A stretch of 64,000 nt of DNA from Camelus ferus (GCF_009834535.1 NC_045697.1:50098001-50162000); one strand, 5' to 3'; positions 36,700-50,689 are shown, counted from the first letter of the stretch. Made by a program: numbers and translations. Notes: a model not told the origin generated them from the letters alone.

Positions 36700-36947
36700 T
36701 TTTTTTTTGACAGCAAAGCAAAGGCAACAAAAGTAAAAATAAAAATAAAAATAAAAATAAAAAGCTTCTGCTCGGCAAAGGAAACCATCAACAAAATGAA
36801 AAGGCAACCTATGAAATGGGAGAAAATATTTGCAAATCATATATCAGATTAGAAGTTAATATCTAAAATAGATAAAGAATTTATATAACTGGATAGCCAA
36901 AAAGCACACAAGATAATTTAGAAATGGGCAGAGGATTTAAACAGACC
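36700..36947 (+). mobile_element. L1 ORF2 3' fragment
   Basis: aaaagcttctgctcggcaaaggaaaccatcaacaaaatgaaaaggcaacctatgaaatgggagaaaatatttgcaaatcatatatc ([24 protein letters not shown]). Confidence 0.9.
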
Positions 36948-38537
36948 CACGTGAGAGGCAAGGCAGAAGTGTCCACAGCAGTGCCCCTTCCCAAGAAGTT
37001 CTAAGAACATAAGGTCACCAGTGACTCTCAGTTGGGAGCCTGCATATCCCTTCCTTTATTCTCAGGAATGTTTTCAATTGGCAAATGATTCTTTGGAGAC
37101 ATGGCTCCACTGGTTCACACAGTTAATGTGAGCGGTTGTCAGCTACAAGGAGTGAGTTGAAACCCTTAGTTGTATCTGTGTAGAAAAAGTTGAGAACCAT
37201 TGGTTGAGATCTCAGGATAGGGAAAGGGGGTTGCAGGTACGGAGACCAGCTTGGAGAGAGAAATAAAGGCTGGGGAGCAAAGGTGCACAGGGAGAATAGA
37301 AAACAGTTTGGATTGGCTGAAGGGTAAGGCTGCAGAGGCATTTTTAGGACCTTGTATGCTTACTTTATTGTCACTAGAATACTTTTCGTTTGTTTCTTTA
37401 GACACTGAAACTGGCCTTTTCTATATTCATTCTTTAAAATTTTCTGTTCGTCTGCTTTCTGCCAGTAAACAGACTCCAATTTTCCAATTCGTTCAGCAAC
37501 ATTTTCCATGGTGGTCTCACCATCAGCCTCTCTGGTCCCAGGTGTGGGATCTTGATGAAATACTGTGAAAATTCACAACAGACAAGAGTGAATTACCCAC
37601 TGGAGAGGGTAGGGGAGGTGTCTGTGTTGGGAAATAAATGTGTGACATGCCAAAGAACACAAGTTATCACACGTAAGGTTGCATCATGTCACGCTGGCTG
37701 CTTCCCACCTCAGAGAATTTGCACTTCATGGGTGGGACGTCATTCCTGTGAGCTATACTGGACACCCACCCTGTTTTAATTTATAGTGGCATGTCAGAGC
37801 CATAAATTACAAGCTTTAAAAGCCAACTTCACTAATGACCAATGTGCACTATTTCTGTGTTCAGGCTGTGGCTGTCTCCTGATGATATGCATAAAAAAAC
37901 CCTGCAAAGGTCATTTTATCTCCCTTTTGGAATCTGGAAACAATGAATGAATACTTGCAAGCTCTAACAAAAGTGCTTGGTACAGAATACATATTCAAAA
38001 ATGTTAATAATTGTCATTGTTCATGGTATTGTAGCCACTTATGGAGGTGTTGGGAGTTTGGCGGCCTGGGCTGTAGCACTCAATGTCTTGGGGACTTACC
38101 AAAAGGGACAACCCTTTCCCCACAGCTGTCATACTTCTTTGCTTAAGTTTGCCACACATTTCCACCAGTCTTTGAATTGGGACCCAATGTGTCATCAGGC
38201 CTAGCTTAGGCAGGGATGCTTGAGTATTTATATATAAGTCCTTTGGTGTTGGTTCTTTGAGAAGAATGAATCTGTAAGAGGCACCTTGGTTTAGAGGAAA
38301 AGGTTCCAGATCAGGAGTTTAAAGAGCTGGGTTCTTGTTTGGGTTCTGCTACAGACTAGAGCTGAAGGCATGAGCAATTTCCTTCATAGCCCTGGGCCAT
38401 TTTCTTACAGGTCAATGGAAATATCAAACTAGCTGAGCGCTATCATCCTAACCATCTCCACAGGTAACTGATTATGAGTTTAAAGAAAACCAAACTTAAA
38501 TAGTAGACTTTGAAGGTTTGCTGCCTGGAGGCCTATA

Positions 38538-38759
38538 GCAGGGCTTAACACACTGCAGTCTGGAAAACAAATTCAGATTGCCACCTGTTTTTGTGCTTTA
38601 TGTGAGCTGAGAAAGTGCTTTTTTTTTTTATGTCTTCAAATAATTATATTTTAAATGGTTATATAAGTACCTACATAATCTCTTCAATTTTGCCTCTTGG
38701 TTGCAAAGCCTAAAATTTCTGCTATCTGGCCCATTACAGCAAAAGTTTGCCAACTCCTG
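38538..38759. mobile_element. hAT-Charlie MER58-like
   Basis: ccacctgtttttgt...gcaaagcctaaaat...ctatctggcccattacagcaaaagtttgccaactcctg. Confidence 0.75.
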
Positions 38760-39469
38760 TATTATTCACATCCTACATAGAAAGTTAAAATAGAAATCTT
38801 TGTCATGATCTTTAGTTACCAAAGAAATATTCTATTACTCCACCCTTTTCTTCAAGGTAGATAATGATATTCTGTTTTCCCATGAGTCAAATTAATTGTT
38901 CCTTTTGCTTTTTAATTAGTGCTTTAAAAAGCATTAAATTGTTATTTTATCAGAAGAATGGCAGCCACTTTTACAAAGAGTGATCAAAAATTCTAAGCCA
39001 TACAATTTCTCTTTGACTCTACTTTGGCGATGGACTTCGCCTTTTGTATTCCTTTTTGCCATCCAAGGAGAACATGTATTTTTCCTTTTCCATGATTTAT
39101 GTGGCACAGCTTTCTTTTTTCTGGAAAAAGGCAACCCAGCTGGGTCTAACCTGAGGATTTTCGGCTCTGGAGCTGGGCAATGGGCCTCTTTCTTTCCTGA
39201 CCATGAAGGTGTAAGGTAATGAGTGCAGGTGCCGTCAGTGGCCCTTAGGTCTCCAGCCTTAGGAAGAGGTGTAGAGAGTGAAGCTGACCTAGAGTTGGAA
39301 GAATAAATATGTGACAAAGAGGGAGAAAAAAGTTCGCAGTATTGGGTCCCCACTTCATACTGCTGCCCTTTCTGATTGTGTGAACCCCAATTTCCCCTTT
39401 TTGCCCAAGTTAGCTCAAGTGGGTCTCTGTCACTTGCAGCCAGAGTTGTTCTTAGCTGGGAAGATCATT

Positions 39470-39888
39470 CATTTGCTCTGAATATGAACCTTGGAACTTC
39501 AGGTGTGATCTTATTTGGAAATAGGGTCTTTACAAATATAATTAGTTAAGAATCTGGAGAAGAAATCAGGTTTTGTGATGGGCCCTAAATCCAGTGGCCG
39601 ATGTCCTCATAAGATGTCCTTTCCTCAGGGGACACAGAGAGACACACTTGGAAGGCCATGTGAAGATGGAGGTGGAGGTGGGAGTTCGGCTGCCACAAGC
39701 CAAGAAATCCAGGAGCCACCAGAAGCTGGAAGAAGCAAGTACAGGTCTACCTGTGGAGCCTTTGGAGGCCCTGCTGACACCTTGAAGTCAGACTTCTAGC
39801 CTCCTGAACTGGGAGAGAAGAAATTCTTGTTGTTTTAGGCTGCCCAATTTGTGGTGCTCTACAATGACAGTCCTCAGAAATTAATGCA
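39470..39888 (+). mobile_element. MaLR LTR (MLT1B/C-like)
   Basis: gtgtgatcttatttggaaatagggtctttaca...gggccctaaatcca...ggccatgtgaagatggagg...ccaccagaagctggaagaagcaag...gacttctagcctcctgaactgggagagaa. Confidence 0.88.
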
Positions 39889-41269
39889 CTCTTCTAGTAT
39901 CTGGTCAAAGAGAGTACATAATGCCGGCCACAGCACTTTCCCTGAGTTACTGTCATCACCACACTGCAGGGTAATGACTAGCTCACATCTCCCTCTTTCC
40001 TAGTAGAGGATGTCTCCTCAAGGGCGAAGAGCCTGGCAGTCCTTCGGCTCTGCCCCCTCTCCTAGTGCACTGCCCGGTCCATCGCTGATGTCCAATAAGA
40101 ATTTGTTATATGAATAAATGAATGAAGATATCCAACACTGTAAGACAGGGGACTTCCCCAGGAGTTTAGAAGCCTGAATGGGGAGGAAAGACAAACTGGA
40201 AGCAGGTATCCTGCAGCAGTGCTGATGAAAACCAGTCTAAATGGGACTCAAGGAGAGGATGAGGATGTACTTAATTCATAAAGCTCTCTACACCTGTCCC
40301 CTCCCTCTGGCCTCCATAGCACTGCATGTGCTCCAGAACCAGATTGGCTGGCTCCATTGGCCTGGTTCCACTACTTGCGAGGCTGAGCGACTCTCCCAGT
40401 CAGTTTCCCCACTGGAATCTGGCTTTTAGGGGCTTTATGTGGGTCAAATAAAATAATACATGCAAAGTGCTTATTAGACAGTGCCAAGCGACTAGTAAGT
40501 GCTCAGAAACTGTTAGCAGGTGATTACTATTATTATTCCAGCCTTTCCTCTCCAGGCACCACTGCTCATTTCCACAGAATACTCTGCTGTCACCTTGAAC
40601 ATGACACTTCTATAACCCAGCATTACCTCCCTCCACAAACTGACCTCTCTCTCTTTTCCTTAGAGTACATCTTTTTCCCGGCAGCCTTACTTAAAGCCTT
40701 AAAGCTGTGCTTAACTTCTTGCTCATATGAATGAGCATCATCATAATCAGCAAATTCCCTGAAAAGTCTTCCCGACTTGTCTTTTTCTTTTAGTTCCTGC
40801 TACTAAAACCCTAATTCAAATTAGAATGTCACTGGCAAGTCACTCAGAACTCAGAGTGTCTGTACCCCTTAAGGTAGCTATAAATCATGGTTAAAATCAT
40901 GTATGCATGTGTGTGTGAGTGCGCGTGTAGCAGACAGTCTGTGTATGTACCGCATATATAAACAGTGCTATTTCTTATGTAACATGTTCTGGAAATCTTC
41001 CATATGTATTCTAAGGTTTTAATTTTCTTTTGTCCTAAAGCAAAGGCTATCTTTTTTTTTTTTTTAACATGTTTTTATTGAGTTATCGTCACTTTACAAA
41101 TCAAGACACTTTACTGTCTTGATTTAAAATTTACACATTGTTTTATAAGGTTTCAGTAGCTGGGAGGTGTGTCTTATGTTTCTTTTCTCTCACAGAGCAA
41201 GTGGCAGTGCTGGGAATATTCTAGGGAGTTACTCAGGCCCAAACCCCAGGAAATCACCCTCCATGTCTC

Positions 41270-42500
41270 TGGACCTGAGACTCCACCTCCAACGCACAGC
41301 TAGTCCTGCCATCTCACCTTTCAAAGACGTGTCAGATGGAATCCTGTCCCCCCTCTGCACTGTGACACTTGGTATAATCACCATTCTCTCCTGCCAAGAC
41401 TGCTCAAAACATCTCTTCATGGGAGGCCTCCCCACTCTTGTCACCTTTAATTCTATTCTTCACAAAGCTTCCAGAAGGACCTGGAATGTTTTAAAAACAT
41501 AAACCTTAAAATCCTGTCATTTCAAACTTGAACCCCTTTGAGTGGCCTCTTGTCTAAGTTAATTTTTTAAAATTGAAAACAGTGAACTTTAGAGTCAATA
41601 AGAGGTCTTGAGGGACACGGAGGGCCCCTAAGAGCTTCCATAATTTAATGCTTTTCAAAAGCACTTTCCTTTCTCACCTTGTGTCCAAGTATTCTCCCTG
41701 CCATATATTCTGCTCCAGCCATTCTGACCTTTTCTTATTCTACCAACGTTCAAGCTCCTTTCTGTTGTATCAGTCACGTTTCTGTTGCAGTGATGCTGTG
41801 TAATCCCCACCTACTCAGATCTTAGTGGCTTAAAATGCAAACTGTTCTCTTGCTTATGGCCTTGTGGGCTGTTGGGGCGGTTCTGCTTCAGACTAGGGGT
41901 CAGGTTGGGGTGGTATCCACCCCAGTCTCTTGTCCCTGGGAGCGGCGGCCACTGGGGTCCGTGCTTCCTATGACGGATGGCAGGAATACTGGGGACTGAG
42001 ACAAACCACATGAGGACACTCAAAACTTGTGGGCTGTGATTTTATGACATCCACTCCTGTACTGTTGGCCCTGTGGTACAGCACACTCCCAAGCCTGAGG
42101 CTGTTGACTGGGAAGCTGCGCAGGGCCCCTGCTGGGCTGGGTGGGGAAGGAACCATTTGACACACAGAACTCTCTACCTTTTGGCCTCAGGGACTTTGCT
42201 GCTTCTGTCCGGGATGCTTTTCCACCAGATCTCGTTTCTTCACTTGATCCAGATCCTTGTTCAAATGTTACCTCATCAGAGAGACCTTCCTTGACCTCCC
42301 CAGACAGCGACCCAGAGACTCCATCATATCCTGTTTTAGTTTTATCCTTAGAGCTTACCTGCCCCTGAAACGATCCACTGTATTAAGCACTTACTCCTGC
42401 AGCTGCCCTGCTCTGTGAGCTCCACCTCTGTAGCCCCAGCTGGTGGAACAGTGCGGGACCGGAGTCAGGCTTCAGAAGGGGTGGTTAGATTAAGCAAATT
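41270..42500 (+). mobile_element. LINE-2 3' region, interrupted by an old MLT1 LTR (~41765-42165, minus strand)
   Basis: tctctcctgccaagactgc...ctattcttcacaaagcttccagaagga; tcaaatgttacctcatcagagagaccttccttgacc; insert tgtatcagtca...cttagtggcttaaaa. Confidence 0.65.
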
Positions 42501-45109
42501 ATACAATACTAATGACTACTTCTCTTTTCTGGGAGGGAAAATTAATTGAATGGAAAATTACAATTGGAATTTGTCATGTCAGGAAGTATTATATAATTTT
42601 TTCTTTATGTTTAAAGCTGTGTGTGTGTGTGCATGTGAGCGTGCATTTGTTTTCTACTTTCATTGGGAAGTGACTTTCGTGCATTCTGAATTCCCATGCA
42701 GACTTACGTGCCTTAGCTTTAGATATGCTTTATTAATAGGACATTTACAATTCTGTAAGTCCTAAAGATATTTTACAATCTTTGTCCTTATAATTTTCTG
42801 TGAGGCTTATTCTTCCACACTTAGAACTCCAGATTTAATTAACACAATTTTCTCTTTTCCTCCTCATTTAATGACTACTTCACCACGTAGACTTGCTGTC
42901 CCAGTGTCTGCCACGCAGTTTCCTCCTTTCCTATTTGTAGTTCTGTCTCTGAGTTTCAGACGTCTCTCCTGCCCTGAACAACAAGATCTTGGCTGGTTTT
43001 GCTGATCCCCACCTGTTGTACACACATTATGTGCTAGAACTCTCATCCCAAGGTGAAGTTTTGATTAACTGACTCCCATATTTAAAAACATTCAGTTCCT
43101 TCTAGTTGCAGATTATATTAAGAAAAGAAATCTGTGTAGAAAATGTAGGTTTGTTGCTGCTTTAAAATAGTCATTCCTCTTTCCCCAAAATGACTATAGA
43201 GAATTATTTGCTTTGGGTTAAAATGGAAATCAGTGATCAACTCTTCAAAAAAGCTAAAAATTATTTATTGTTTATCTGAAATTGAAATTTGACTCTGTGT
43301 CTTGTATTTTTGTCAAATCTAGCAACTCTACCTTGAAGGCAAGAGCAGGAAACCCTTCAAGAATCCTTAAGAATAACAAAATAAAAAGCAAACATACTAA
43401 CAACAACAACAACAAAACCCATACAAATCTATCACACAACCGCAGCCCCAGAGGGCCCGTGGTTATTTGATTTCTGAATTATCCATCATGGCCTTCACAT
43501 TCATCCTAATGAATTACATACATAGTGAATTTTAATTACTATACATCTGGGTAATATACTGTGGAAATATTAGTGGTGGATTGTCCCCATGGTCATTTGC
43601 CTTCTACAATCAATTCTGATTTAGTAATGCCTCCCAGGAATTCCAAGAATAAGGAAAATAAGCAAACATGCCCTTATGCCATCATGCAGTGTCTTTCACA
43701 TTAAATCCTTCCAGAATCTTATGAATGGAACATTCATGTAAATTGTTTCCATTTTGCCCATGGCAGAGGGCCCAAGGGGTCGGAAGGGGAGCATAGATGT
43801 CTGGCGTAAGCTATCTCCTCAGAGGCTTCATGGACTGTGCAAAGGGTACCTTTTCAAAACATAAAGTAAGTGTGTGCTCAGCAGGAGTGGTGACAATGAC
43901 AATAATGCCAAAGCCTTTCATTTATATGTTGTCGACAATCATGATCTCATTTGATCCTCATAAAATGCGTGTGAGGTAGGCATTACTTCCTTTTTACAGG
44001 GGAGGGAATTGAAGTCAAAATGGGAGAAATATAGTTACAAAGTCACTGGAATAAAGGTCTATATTATTTTGCAAGGCAAAGCAATTAAGTGACGAATACT
44101 AATTTCCTTGAAGCTGATGTAACCTTTCCCCTATATAATGCTAGTGACACAGCTTCGGTGCCTAGATGGAAGATGCCCAACTTCTAAATTTGTTGATGAG
44201 GAATAACTGAGAAAATTATACTGACCTAATTTTTGGCAGTATGGATGTTCAAATACAACTAATATTTTGGGGGATGCTGTACTATTTATCTAGTAACAGC
44301 ATTAGTGCTCATTTTTTTGAGCACTTCTGTGTGTTGGATGCTGCTGAGTGCTTTATAACAAATAATCAGAGTAAGCCTAAAGGCAGGTGACACTCATCAC
44401 TATTTCACTAAATACTCATATTTTAACCAATATGGTCTGTTTCATCAGCTTCATAGAAATAATGAGTCAACTCTCTTTGATTTTCCACATCAGTCACACT
44501 AGCACCCAGGTATCAGGAAGCTCCTTTGGATCTCTTGACTCCCCATCCCCATGGCCTTGTTCTCCATTCCCACCATGCCTTATAATTGTTCTAGGATCCT
44601 GAGGACTTACTTAGTTTTAAAAAAGCCAGTCCAATTCTCACAGGTCAAGAAGAAAGAGAGAATTGCTAAGACTTGCTTTTGTTCCAACTGCACAGAGCCT
44701 ACTTTACTGAATATAGGTCCTGAATTGTCCCCCGTGCAGGCATCCACTCTTGTTGACCCAGGGTACATTCAGCCATGGTCTTGCCTGCACTTGGTCTACA
44801 GGGCTCTGTCCACACTCACAGAGTTGGGCAATGTTCCTTATGTTACAGCACCATGCCAGGAAGGCTAGATTGCCTGATTTGGAGAGATTTCCAGACCCAG
44901 CCACACACTGGGATGAAGTCAGCCTCTTCATAAAGACTTCAGGTCTTATACTGATGTTGGATCACTGGGCTGGACTCACCTCTCCCTCCTGGCAAGTTCT
45001 CCATACCTCTCACTGGGGTCTCCATCTGCTAGCAGACCTTGTTCAGGGCCATCCTGTGCTATCCAACAGACTTTTCTAACTTGAATTCTTGGGGAGTGGG
45101 ATTGTTCAT

Positions 45110-45730
45110 TTACTCATATATTCATTCAGTCATATGCAACAAATATGTATTGTGTACCTACTTTGTGCCAGGCATTGTTCTTATCAGTGGATAAAATAAA
45201 GTCTCTGTCTTCACTGACATATTTTGAGCAAGGGTGGAAAATAAATTAAATAAAAAAATGAATTCATAGACTGTCAGATGGTCATAATTCTATGGAGAAT
45301 AATAAAGTAGGTGATGGAGGAAGATATGGGGGTACTGGTGGTAGTTGCTATTTTAAATGGAGTGGTCAGTGTAGGACTCATTGAGAAGGAGAGAGTTTAT
45401 GAAATGCTCAAAGGGATTTAGTACTGCAGCTCTCTGAGGAAAGGGCATTCTAGGCAGAAGGAACAGAGAGGAAATAAGCCCTGTGGGGTGAATGTGCTTT
45501 GTGTGTTCAGGAAGAGCAAGAAGGCTGGTTGATGGAGCAGAATGAGAGGAAGATGAGAAGTGGGAGAGGATATTAAAGAGGTAGTGGAGAGGTAGTAGGG
45601 ACCAAGTTTGTAGGACTGTGTAAGCATCATGTGGCCTTAGATTCTACTCACGGTGAACAGAGAAGGTGATCACTGGAGGGATCTGAGCACAAAAAGGATG
45701 TAATATGATTTAAGTCCCAACAGGATCACA
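45110..45730 (-). mobile_element. LINE-2 (L2a-like) 3' end
   Basis: ttcattcagtc..caacaaatatgtattgtgtacctactttgtgccaggcattgttct...gcattctaggcagaaggaacag...gtgttcaggaagagcaagaaggc. Confidence 0.85.
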
Positions 45731-45762
45731 ATAAACTACAAGAGGAGAATGAATATATATTT

Positions 45763-45767
<5 letters not shown>

Positions 45768-45806
<39 letters not shown>

Positions 45807-45818
45807 GTATATATATAT
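45768..45818. repeat. (TA)n microsatellite
   Basis: Direct observation. Confidence 0.95.
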
Positions 45819-45829
45819 TAGATTTTTTC

Positions 45830-46560
45830 TTAAACTCAGTGTGTTGAGTATGTACATTTATCTCTGATTTCTCCTAAAATTCAACTAAAATTATAGTAGA
45901 GAAGTAAAATAATTATAAACTCATTAAGAGAGAGAAAATGAGAGTGAGGACTATTTCAGCTGTCAAGATGTATATATATCAGATAGAACAGTGCTGCCAG
46001 GCTCTGTTCTTTGCAGTGAACAAAACAGAGTTCCTGCTTTCATCAACTTATATTTTGAGGAAAGGTGGAAAAGAATTTTTTAAAGCAAATACTGATCAGA
46101 TATTGCAACTTATCATCTTACTGAGGAGGATAAATACCAGGAAGCCTGCTCACTGTAGAGAACCCCAAAGTGGTTCACATGTTGGAGGTACCAGGTACAG
46201 AAAGTGATGGCAAGAAGGAGGTTGAAAAGAGTGGGCATTGATTAAAAGACTCTATATGGAGCAGACAGATGCCAGCATCCTCTCTTCACTCCCAGAGGAA
46301 TGCGTGGGTTTATTCTTTAGAGAAACTATACATGAGAGAGACAAGGACATTGGACACATCAGAAAGCAGAGTGAAAGCTAGAAATTAAATAAATATCTCC
46401 ATGCTAAATGGTGAACCTCACAATCTCGTTTTTCCTAGTCTCCTTCCAAAAAGCTGAAGCCAGAGGTATACCCCCTTAAGTGCGAAGGATTAGTGGAAGA
46501 ATCTTCACTGTACTAGAAAAAGGCCTCTAGATACTGTCATTGGGGGAACCCGACAAACAA
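45830..46560 (+). mobile_element. HAL1/old L1M 5'-region fragments
   Basis: tacatttatctctgatttctcctaaaattcaactaaaattatagtagagaa...; gggtttattctttagagaaact; agatactgtcattggggg. Confidence 0.4.
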
Positions 46561-47122
46561 TCTAATTGTTCTAGAGTGAAATGAACAGTCATGAAGCCTT
46601 GTCCTTGCACAGCAAGCTTCCACTGGGCATATATTTAATGGTTTTGCTGTACAGGTGGAAACAAAGAGGACCTGTGCCATCAGGGATGGATTTGCACAAA
46701 TATTTGTCCTTGAACTGGATAAGGAAGGAAAGCAAGCATCTCCATGGCCCATAATATGGGGTGTTTCTGGGAGAGGGAATCATTGAAATGAAGAGATGTG
46801 CACTTGGGACAGGGAGGAGATCAGTTAGACTTGCAGTAAAGAGTGCATCCCATAGGAAGGTGTTGGGGGAGGGGAGCATAACTTTGCATAGATTTGATGG
46901 CCAAATAGTAGAAATCTCTATAGGCCATCTGAAGAATTTATATTTGATGTAACTTAGAGTTCAGTAGATATTTTTTGAGCAGACAGTGTGCTTGTATGGA
47001 TGTTGAAGAGAAAAAAATGAGTTAGGCATGCTCCCTACTGTAAGAAGCTCAAAATCTAGGGAGGGAGACAGGCTTATAAGTAGCCAAGGAAGGTTCCACT
47101 GTAATATGTAAATGTGGTGAGA

Positions 47123-47899
47123 GGACACGGTACCACGGGCACTCAGAGCAGGGCTGCCCCCGGGTACAGATTTGGGTCTTGGCCCCACCCCTGCTTGGGA
47201 GCTGCACATAGGAGGAGATGGCGGCTGTGGCTGCGCCCCGCCTCTCTTCTCCCGAGAAGCGCCAGTAATGGCGGCGCAGGTCTGAGGAGACAAAGGCTAT
47301 GGCGCCCCTCCCCCTAGGGCACACCAGCTGCGTTGCTTTGCTTTTTTTGCATTTTATGGGGGACCGAGGTTGTCCTGCTTCATATCCCCTCCCAGCCACG
47401 GTGCGCAGTCCCCTGCAGTCCCCTGAGGCTGCCTCAGTGCAGCCGCCCCAGTCCTCCGCCTGGCTCAGGCAGCCTGTCCCAGCCCCAGCTGCCGGCTCGC
47501 GTCTTGGGCTGGGTGTCGTGGGGACCCTTTGTGCCTGTTTAACTCAGTACTGTCCGTCAAGGGGTACTCGGGGCAGATCTGAGCCTTGGAGTCTCCCCCT
47601 CCGTCCCTCTGGCCTCTCCGTTGGAGAGGGAAGACCCAGCAAACGAGCACCAGTCCTCCTTTGCCACTCCCTCCCCACAGGATCAGTTCCACACTGTTTT
47701 GCTTTTTCTTCTTTCTTTTTTCCTTTTCTCCTACCAGATTTTTGGTGTCTTTGTCTTTTGAAGAGGGCAATGTTCTGTGGGAGTTCCGCAGGTGCTCTGG
47801 TTGGCTGAGTAGGTCTGTAGATGTGAGGTTTGGTGTATTTGTGGGAGAGGGTGAGCTACAAGCGTCCTTCTACTCTGCCATCTTGCTTCTCTTCCTCCC
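47123..47899 (-). mobile_element. Isolated L1 5'UTR (internal promoter), CpG-rich
   Basis: Minus strand begins gggaggaagagaagcaagatggcagagtagaaggacgcttgtagctcaccctctcccacaaatacacc, an L1 5' start with YY1 site (gccatcttg 47877-47885); GC/CpG-rich to ~47123; no ORF1 follows. Confidence 0.8.
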
Positions 47900-48773
47900 T
47901 GTTCCCTTTCTTAATCTTTACTGGCCTCAACCTGCATTTCTGACACTGTTGGTACAAGCTCTTGCTGTGCTTCCATATTCTCCCCATATCCTGAGCACCC
48001 ATCATACCTCTCTTTCAATCCAGGCTCACTCACATGCTGTCAGAGTCACATGAGTTTCTTATCAAGCCTTCCTTATTTCTTCACAAGGACCCTTTGTAAT
48101 AAAATCCTTAGAACTGCATTTTTTAGTTTCCTTTGAGATGCTATACTCTGGAATAGCTGGTTTGTGTTCTCTTCTTTATTTTTTTTATCTTGTTGATACA
48201 CGCTCTCTAGAGCCCCAGCAGGCTGCAGTTTTTCAACACATTCAACTAGGTATCTCAACAAGTAAGCTTTTGCATATATTAGGTCTGACACTTTGAAGGC
48301 CATACCTGAGAAATAAAAACTTAACTAATATCTGTCTCTTCAGGGTTGACAGATGTGTGGAAGATTAGATCTGGCGGCCTGTGAAAAGCATACATGGGCC
48401 TCTTTTTCTCTACTTGGATATCTTTGTAGTGTATATCTGCCCAATTGTGTTTAGACATTTTCAGAACTGGAAATTCCCAGAGCATTCACTCAGGCACCTG
48501 AGGGATAATCTGCATTACTTAATTGAAGTCATAGCAATAAAAAAAAAACCCTATCACCCCTAACAAAACGTGCGGTTAGTGACCTGGTACCATGGGGCTT
48601 TGCCCAGCCTCCCTGGCTGAGATAACTCAGTCTGGGACAACACTGCTGAGCGCATTTTTCTCTGAGCCACTCAGAGGAACCACACCTCTCAGGTGCAGAT
48701 GGCTGCCTTCTGAAATGACTGTTACCCTAGAACCATAAAATAGCTAATGACATACTGCTATCCCATATGCTAC

Positions 48774-49043
48774 TTAAGTCAGTATGACTTTAATTATTTC
48801 TCCTGGGATGAGCTCAAGGGCTCCGAGAGTCTCAGAAACCTTGGAATAAAACTGTGACTTAATATGCAGCCAGACAGGGCGTGATGGATCCCCAGTAGGG
48901 CTTACCAGCTGCGGCCCATCCGCATCGAAGTGGTGATGTACACAGATGTTGCTATGGTGAACTCCATAACTCAGAGGGTGTGGGAATTTAGGGATTCCCA
49001 GGGGAACTGCAGTTCCTCTTACCAGGCCCCTGAAACCTGACAT
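48774..49043 (-). pseudogene. Ancient LINE (L2/CR1 clade) reverse-transcriptase remnant
   Basis: ORF peptide TAVPLG...HHHFDADGPQL...ALELIPGEIIKVIL aligns by eye to GVPQGS...YHLYADDTQL...LKLNPSKTEVI in the correct order with plausible spacing. Confidence 0.5.
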
Positions 49044-50689
49044 TCACAAGTGAATACAAGTTGTGCCAATTAGGATCTCTAAAAAATCTCGTCCCCGTAC
49101 GCAGGTGCAACAACCATGTGAACTTTAATGGAGGAGATTTTGTAGGTGTGTGCACATATGTGTGTGTGTGTGTGTTATGGAAATGTGATGGAAAGTTTAT
49201 AATACTTGTCTTAATGTCTCACAAGGCAGAACATGACCCAGGCATCCCATCTCATCTACAGTTCCTAGAATCATAATGGTTTCCTTGGTATCCAGTTAAT
49301 TACCAGAAGGCCAAATTGTTTTCTCTTTACATTCTGATGTTCCTTCTTTGCAACAATCTCAACTTTAGTGTCCAAATTTTAATAAAAATTTAATTGGCTC
49401 CTTTAACAAGAGTTATTGAATACCCACTTTTGTATAGAGTTTTACTTTCTGGTTGAATCTTATTTATGAAAAAATTGAATGGAAGGAGAAGAGTTAATTT
49501 CAACTGAAGCTGTGAGATCTAGTATTTCCTTGTTTGGTTTCATCACTTAAATTCTCTACCTTGAAAAATCAAAGGATCTGACTTAATAATGTAGATATAC
49601 AGAAACAATGTAAGTCAATTTATAAAGTCGGCAAATAAAGAAAATTCCTTATCTGGTTGGCAATAAATTGGTTCTTAGACCTAGATAATCAATTAATCAA
49701 AACCCTCATTTATTCATTCAACCCATATTTATTAAGTATGTACTCTAAGCAGAGAGCAGGTCCTGGGCGTACTATGATGAATGAAACAATTAGAGTCTCT
49801 GTTTTCATGGGCTTACAGGCTAGTGGAGGAGGGAGACAACAAATGCATAAACTAACATGAATATATAATTGTGACCTGAAAAATACATGCAATATTTAAA
49901 TAGAACAATGTGATAAAGGATACCTGGAGTGTACATGAAATATGGACTGTGACTACATGTATGGTTAAGAATATGGTATCGTACTCAAAGGCTTCTTTCC
50001 ACAATGGAGAAGAGGGAATTTTGTGTTTGTATCTTACACATTCCTGGTTAAAGTCATGATCATTTGTGTTCAGGGCCTGAGGATTTAGTACTTGAATAAT
50101 ATAGGAAGATAATGAAGGAGAGGCATTAGTCTGGTTTCTTTTAAGACTGTAGTGAATTTTATTTGCTCACTCTAGGGGTGAGAGAAGACTGCAGGGGTAG
50201 GGGTGGTGGAGGTTGAAGATGAGGCTACCATTACCAAAAATGCTGGAAAATGAATTAGTGTTTTCATGGGACGTATTCCCAGGAGAACAAATTTTAAAAG
50301 AGAAAGAAAGCTGACATTTGCCAGACACCTACCACATGCCAGGCATTTTAAACATCATCTCGTTTATGCATGGATATTGTTTCTATCCAGGAGATTAGGA
50401 AGACAAGGCACAGAGATTAAGTAATTTGCTTAAATTTCTACAGCCAGTGAGTAAAGAATCTGGAATTCAACTCCTGGGATGCCTGATTTTATAACTTTCT
50501 AGTCTACACTATTTTTCCCCACCTCTATGCTCTCTAAGCCACAGACAGGCACAATCCCCCTTACGAGGTACATAGACCAATTTTTGTTTGTATCTTTCCC
50601 ACAAAGCATTTTATTTACACTTGTGTATTTCTCTTTAGTATAACAGTAGGTACCATAAGAGTTTAATATAAGTGTCTTAAAATGTTCTT

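Noticed and set aside
46961..48053. Overlapping 100-169 aa ORFs and a CpG-island-like look suggesting a gene's first exon
   Set aside because: Explained by the GC-rich antisense L1 5'UTR; the peptides have no recognisable domain
48948..48962. RFX X-box-like gttgctatggtgaac
   Set aside because: Second half-site is imperfect and it lies in a probable LINE relic; insufficient alone
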